From Hemiscyllium ocellatum (lineage: Eukaryota): a stretch of 64,000 nt of DNA. Made by a program: the position numbers and the translations under genes. Under the pieces are notes generated by a model. It saw nothing but the letters and a program-made list of their open reading frames with translations. It made no database searches and was not told the origin of the DNA. This document shows positions 60,320 through 64,000 of this stretch, piece by piece; the stretch's first letter is position 1; every line of letters starts with the position of its first letter. The stretch is taken from contig NW_026867526.1 of NCBI RefSeq assembly GCF_020745735.1, positions 124,001-188,000 on the forward strand. The letters are read 5' to 3'.

Positions 60320-62957
60320 GGGGGACCGAGAATCAGGGGATGTCGAGTCAGTATGGATAGAGCTGAGAAATTCTCAGGGTAAAAAGATCCTCTTGGGAGT
60401 TATCTACAGGCCCCCAAACAGTAGTCTGGATGTCGGATGTAAGTTGAATCAGGAGCTGAAAATGGCCTGTTGCAAAGTTGTTTTGGGGGATTTCAACATG
60501 CAGGTAGACTGGGAGAATCAGGATGGTATTGGACCTCAAGACAGAGACTTTGTGGAGTGCCTCCAAGATGGATTTTTAGAACAGCTGGTGCTGGAGCCGA
60601 CCAGGGAGAAGGCAATTCTGGATCTGGGATTGTGCAACGAACCAGAATTGATCAGGGACCTCGAAGTGTAGGAGCCATTGGGAAGTAGTGACCATAATAC
60701 AATAAGCTTCAATCAATTTGAGAGGGAGAGGGTACAATCGGAAGTGACAATATTTCAGTTGAATAAAGGGAACTATGGAGCTGTGAGGGAGGATCTGGCC
60801 AAGGTTCAATGGTGCAATACCTTAGCAGGGATAACAGTGGAGGAACAATGACAGTGGAGGAACAATATTTCTGTGTATAATGAAGAAGATGCATGATTCC
60901 AAAAAGGAAGAAAGATCCTAGGAGGAGGCATGGGTGGCCGTGGCTGACAAGGGAAGTTAAGAAACATATAAAGTTAAAAGAGAAAAACTATAACACAGCA
61001 AAGATAAGTGGGAAAACAGAGGAATGGGAAGCTTTTAAAGAACAACAGAGGATTACTAAGAAGGAAATACGCAGAGAAAAAAAATGAGGTACGAAGGCAA
61101 ACTGGCCAAAAATATAAAGGAGGATAGTAAAAGCTTTTTTAGGTATGTGAAAGCAAAAAAATGGTTAAGACTAAAATTGGGCCCTTGAAGACAGAAACAG
61201 GGGAATATATTATGGTGAACAAAGAAATGGCAGAAGAATTGAATTGGTACTTTAGATCTGTGTTCACTGGGGAAGACACAAGTAATCTCCCTGAGGTAAC
61301 AGTGGCTGAAAGACCTGAACTGAAGGGAATTTATATTTGCCAGGAATTGGTGTTGGAGAGACTGTTATGTCTGAAGGTTGGTAAGTCCCCGGGGCCTGAT
61401 GGTCTACATCCCAGGGTACTGAAGGAGGTGGCTCGAGAAATCGTGGATGCGTTGGTGATTATTTTCCAGAGTTCGATAGATTCGGGATCAGTTTCAGTGG
61501 ATTGGAGGGTGGCTAATGTTGTACCACTTTTTAAGAAAGGTGGGAGAGACAAAGCAGGAAATTATAGACCAGTTAGTCTGACCTCAGTGGTGGGAAAGAT
61601 GCTGGAGTCTATTATAAAGGATGAAATTACGACACATCTGGATAGTAGTAACAGGATAGGTCAGAGTCAGCATGGATTTATGAAGGGGAAATCATGCTTG
61701 ACTAATCTTCTCGAATTGTTTGAGGATGTAACTCTGAAGATGGATGAGGGAGATCCAGTAGATGTAGTCTACCTGGACCTTCAGAAAGCTTTTGATAAAG
61801 TCCCACATCGGAGGTTAGTAAGCAAAATTAGGGTGCATGGTATTGGGGGCAAAGAACTAACTTGGATTGAAAGTTGGTTGGCTGACGAGAAACAAAGAGT
61901 AGTGATAAACGGCTCCATTTCAGAATGGCAGGCAGTGATCAGTGGGGTACCGCAGGGATCAGTGCTGGGACCGCAGCTTTTTACAATATATATTAGTGAT
62001 ATAGAAGATGGTATTAGTAATAACATTAGCAAATTTGCTGATGATACTAAGCTGGGTGGCAGGGTGAAATGTTAGGAGATTACAGGGTGACCTGGACAGT
62101 TTAGGTGAGTGGTCAGATGCATGGCAGATGCAGTTTAATGTGGATAAATGTATGGTTATCCACTTTGGTGGCAAGAACAGGAAGGCAGATTATTACCTAA
62201 ATGGAATCAATTTAGGTTAAGGGGCAGGAAAAAGAGATCTGGGTGTTCGTGTCCAGCGGTCAATGAAGGTAAGCGTGCAGGTACAGCAGGTAGTGAAGAA
62301 GGCTGATAGCTTGCTGGCCTTCATCTCAAGAGGGATTGAGTATAGAAGCAAAGAGGTGCTTCTGCAGCTGTACAGGGCCCTGGTGAGACCACACCTCGAG
62401 TACTGTGTGCAGTTCTGGTCTCCAAATTTGAGGAAAGGCATTTTGGTATGAGGGAGTGCAGCATAGGTTCACAAGGTCAATTCCTGGAATGGCAGTACCA
62501 ACTCATGCTGAAAGACTGCAGTGACTGGGCTTGTATGCCCTTGAGTTAGAAGACTGAGAGGGGATCTGATTGAGACACATAAGATTGTTAAAGGATTGGA
62601 CACTCTGGAAGCAGGAAACATGTTTCCGCTGATGGGTGAGTGCCGAAGCAGAGGACACAGCTTAAAAATATGTGGGAGACCATTTAGGACATAGATGAGG
62701 AGAAACTTCTTCAGCCAGAGAGTGGTGGCTATGTGGAATGTTCTGCCCCAGACGGCAGTGGAGGCCCAGTCTCTGGATTCATTTAAAAAAGAGTTGGATA
62801 GAGCTCTCAAGGATCGTGAAATCAAGGGTTATGGAGATAAGGCAAGAACAGGATACTGCTTAAGGATGATCAGCCATGATCATCTTGAATGGTGGTGCAG
62901 GCTCGAAGGGCAGAATGGCTTACTCCTGCACCTATTGTCTACTGTCTATTGTCTATT
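60320..62957 (+). mobile_element. CR1 LINE ORF2 (endonuclease-RT-3' tail)
   Basis: GVIYRPPN...VLGDFN (60393-), RT ORF 61161-62075 (GKSPGPDGLHPRVLKE...NYRPVSLTS...QHGF..DLQKAFDKVPH...[14 protein letters not shown]), and ctattgtctactgtctattg tail. Confidence 0.95.
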
Positions 62958-63112
62958 GAGTGGAATATGTCGCTTCTTTAGAACACACAGTCAGTTGATG
63001 CATTTTGAGAGAAGCAATGTAGAAAGGGAATATATATTTGATTGGCACAGACACAAAGAGCAGGACAGTGGGAATAGGGGACCATGTGTACAAATCATTA
63101 AAGGAGAGAGGA

Positions 63113-64000
63113 CTGCAAAAAATATGGAGGGATGGCATTGAGGGTGAGTTGGAGGTTTGGATTAGGAATTGGCTGGCTGGAAGAAGATAGACGGTAGTAG
63201 TTGATGGTAAAGGTTCATCTTGGAGTGCAGTTACCAGCGGTGTTCCGCAAGGATCTGTTTTGGGACCATTGCTGTTTGTCATTTTCATAAATGACCTGGA
63301 GGAGGGGCTAGAAGGTTGGGTGAGCAAGTTTGCAAATGATACGAAAGTCGGTGGAGTTGTTGACAGAGAGGAAGGATGTGGCAGGTTACAGTGGGATATA
63401 GATAATCTGCAGAGCTAGGCAGAAAGGTGGCAAATGGAGTTCAATGTAGGTAAGTGTGAAGTGATTCACTTTGGCAAGAGTAACAAGAAGATGGGGTACT
63501 GGGCTAATGGTCAGATTCTTGGTAGTGTGGATGAGCAGAGGGATCTTGGTGTCCATGTACAAAGATCTCTGAAAGTTGCCACCCAGGTAAATAGTGCTGT
63601 GAAGAAGGCATATGGCGTACTGGCTTTTCTTGGTAGAGGAATTGAGTTCTGGAGTCCTGAGGTCATGTTGCAGTTGTATAAGACTCTGGTGTGGCCGCAT
63701 CTGGAGTATTGTGTGCAGTTTTGGTCGCCATACTTTTGGAAGGGTGTGGAGGCACTGGAACGGGTGCAGAGGAGGCTTACCAGGATGTTGCCTGGTATGG
63801 TAGGAAGATCATATGAGGAAAGGCTGAGGCACTTGGGGCTGTTTTCAATGGAGAAAAGAAGGTTGAGGGGTGACTTGATAGAGGTGTACAAGATGATTAG
63901 GGGTTTAGATAGGGTTGACCATGAGAACCTTTATCCACGTATGGAGTCAGCTATTACGAGGGGGCATAGCTTTAAATTAAGGGGTGGTAGGTATAGGACA
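63113..64000 (+). mobile_element. 5'-truncated CR1 LINE running off the window
   Basis: [42 protein letters not shown]..; closely related to 33327-34117. Confidence 0.92.

Noticed and set aside
61161-62075. 304-aa ORF as a host gene
   Set aside because: It is CR1 reverse transcriptase within a frameshifted LINE.

Overview
Eukaryotic, repeat-rich genomic DNA from a cartilaginous fish, most likely a shark (inferred from the Ig sequences, HE1-like V-SINEs and CR1/Penelope content). The one clear host gene is the 5' half of an elasmobranch IgM heavy-chain cluster on the minus strand: leader (14699-14747), VH (14265-14570), D-J (13838-13895), Cmu1 (4667-4975) and Cmu2 (1255-1566). The remaining C exons lie off the left edge. 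The cluster appears pre-rearranged as VD1-D2J: V ends in a D1-like heptanucleotide followed by a 22-bp-spacer RSS, and a D2-like segment with a 12-bp-spacer RSS is fused directly to J. That leaves one RAG step, which must trim the D2 end to remove an in-frame TAG. The rest of the window is transposon-derived or tandem-repeat DNA. It includes many CR1-type LINE fragments, V-SINEs, Penelope-like elements with minimal hammerhead-ribozyme-like motifs, a ~590-bp-arm inverted repeat, a ~6.2-kb 33-bp satellite with higher-order structure, and a decayed gag-pro-pol retrovirus-like element with foamy/loki-like RT motifs. Repeat boundaries were placed by eye and are approximate. Ig exon and RSS coordinates were read base by base.
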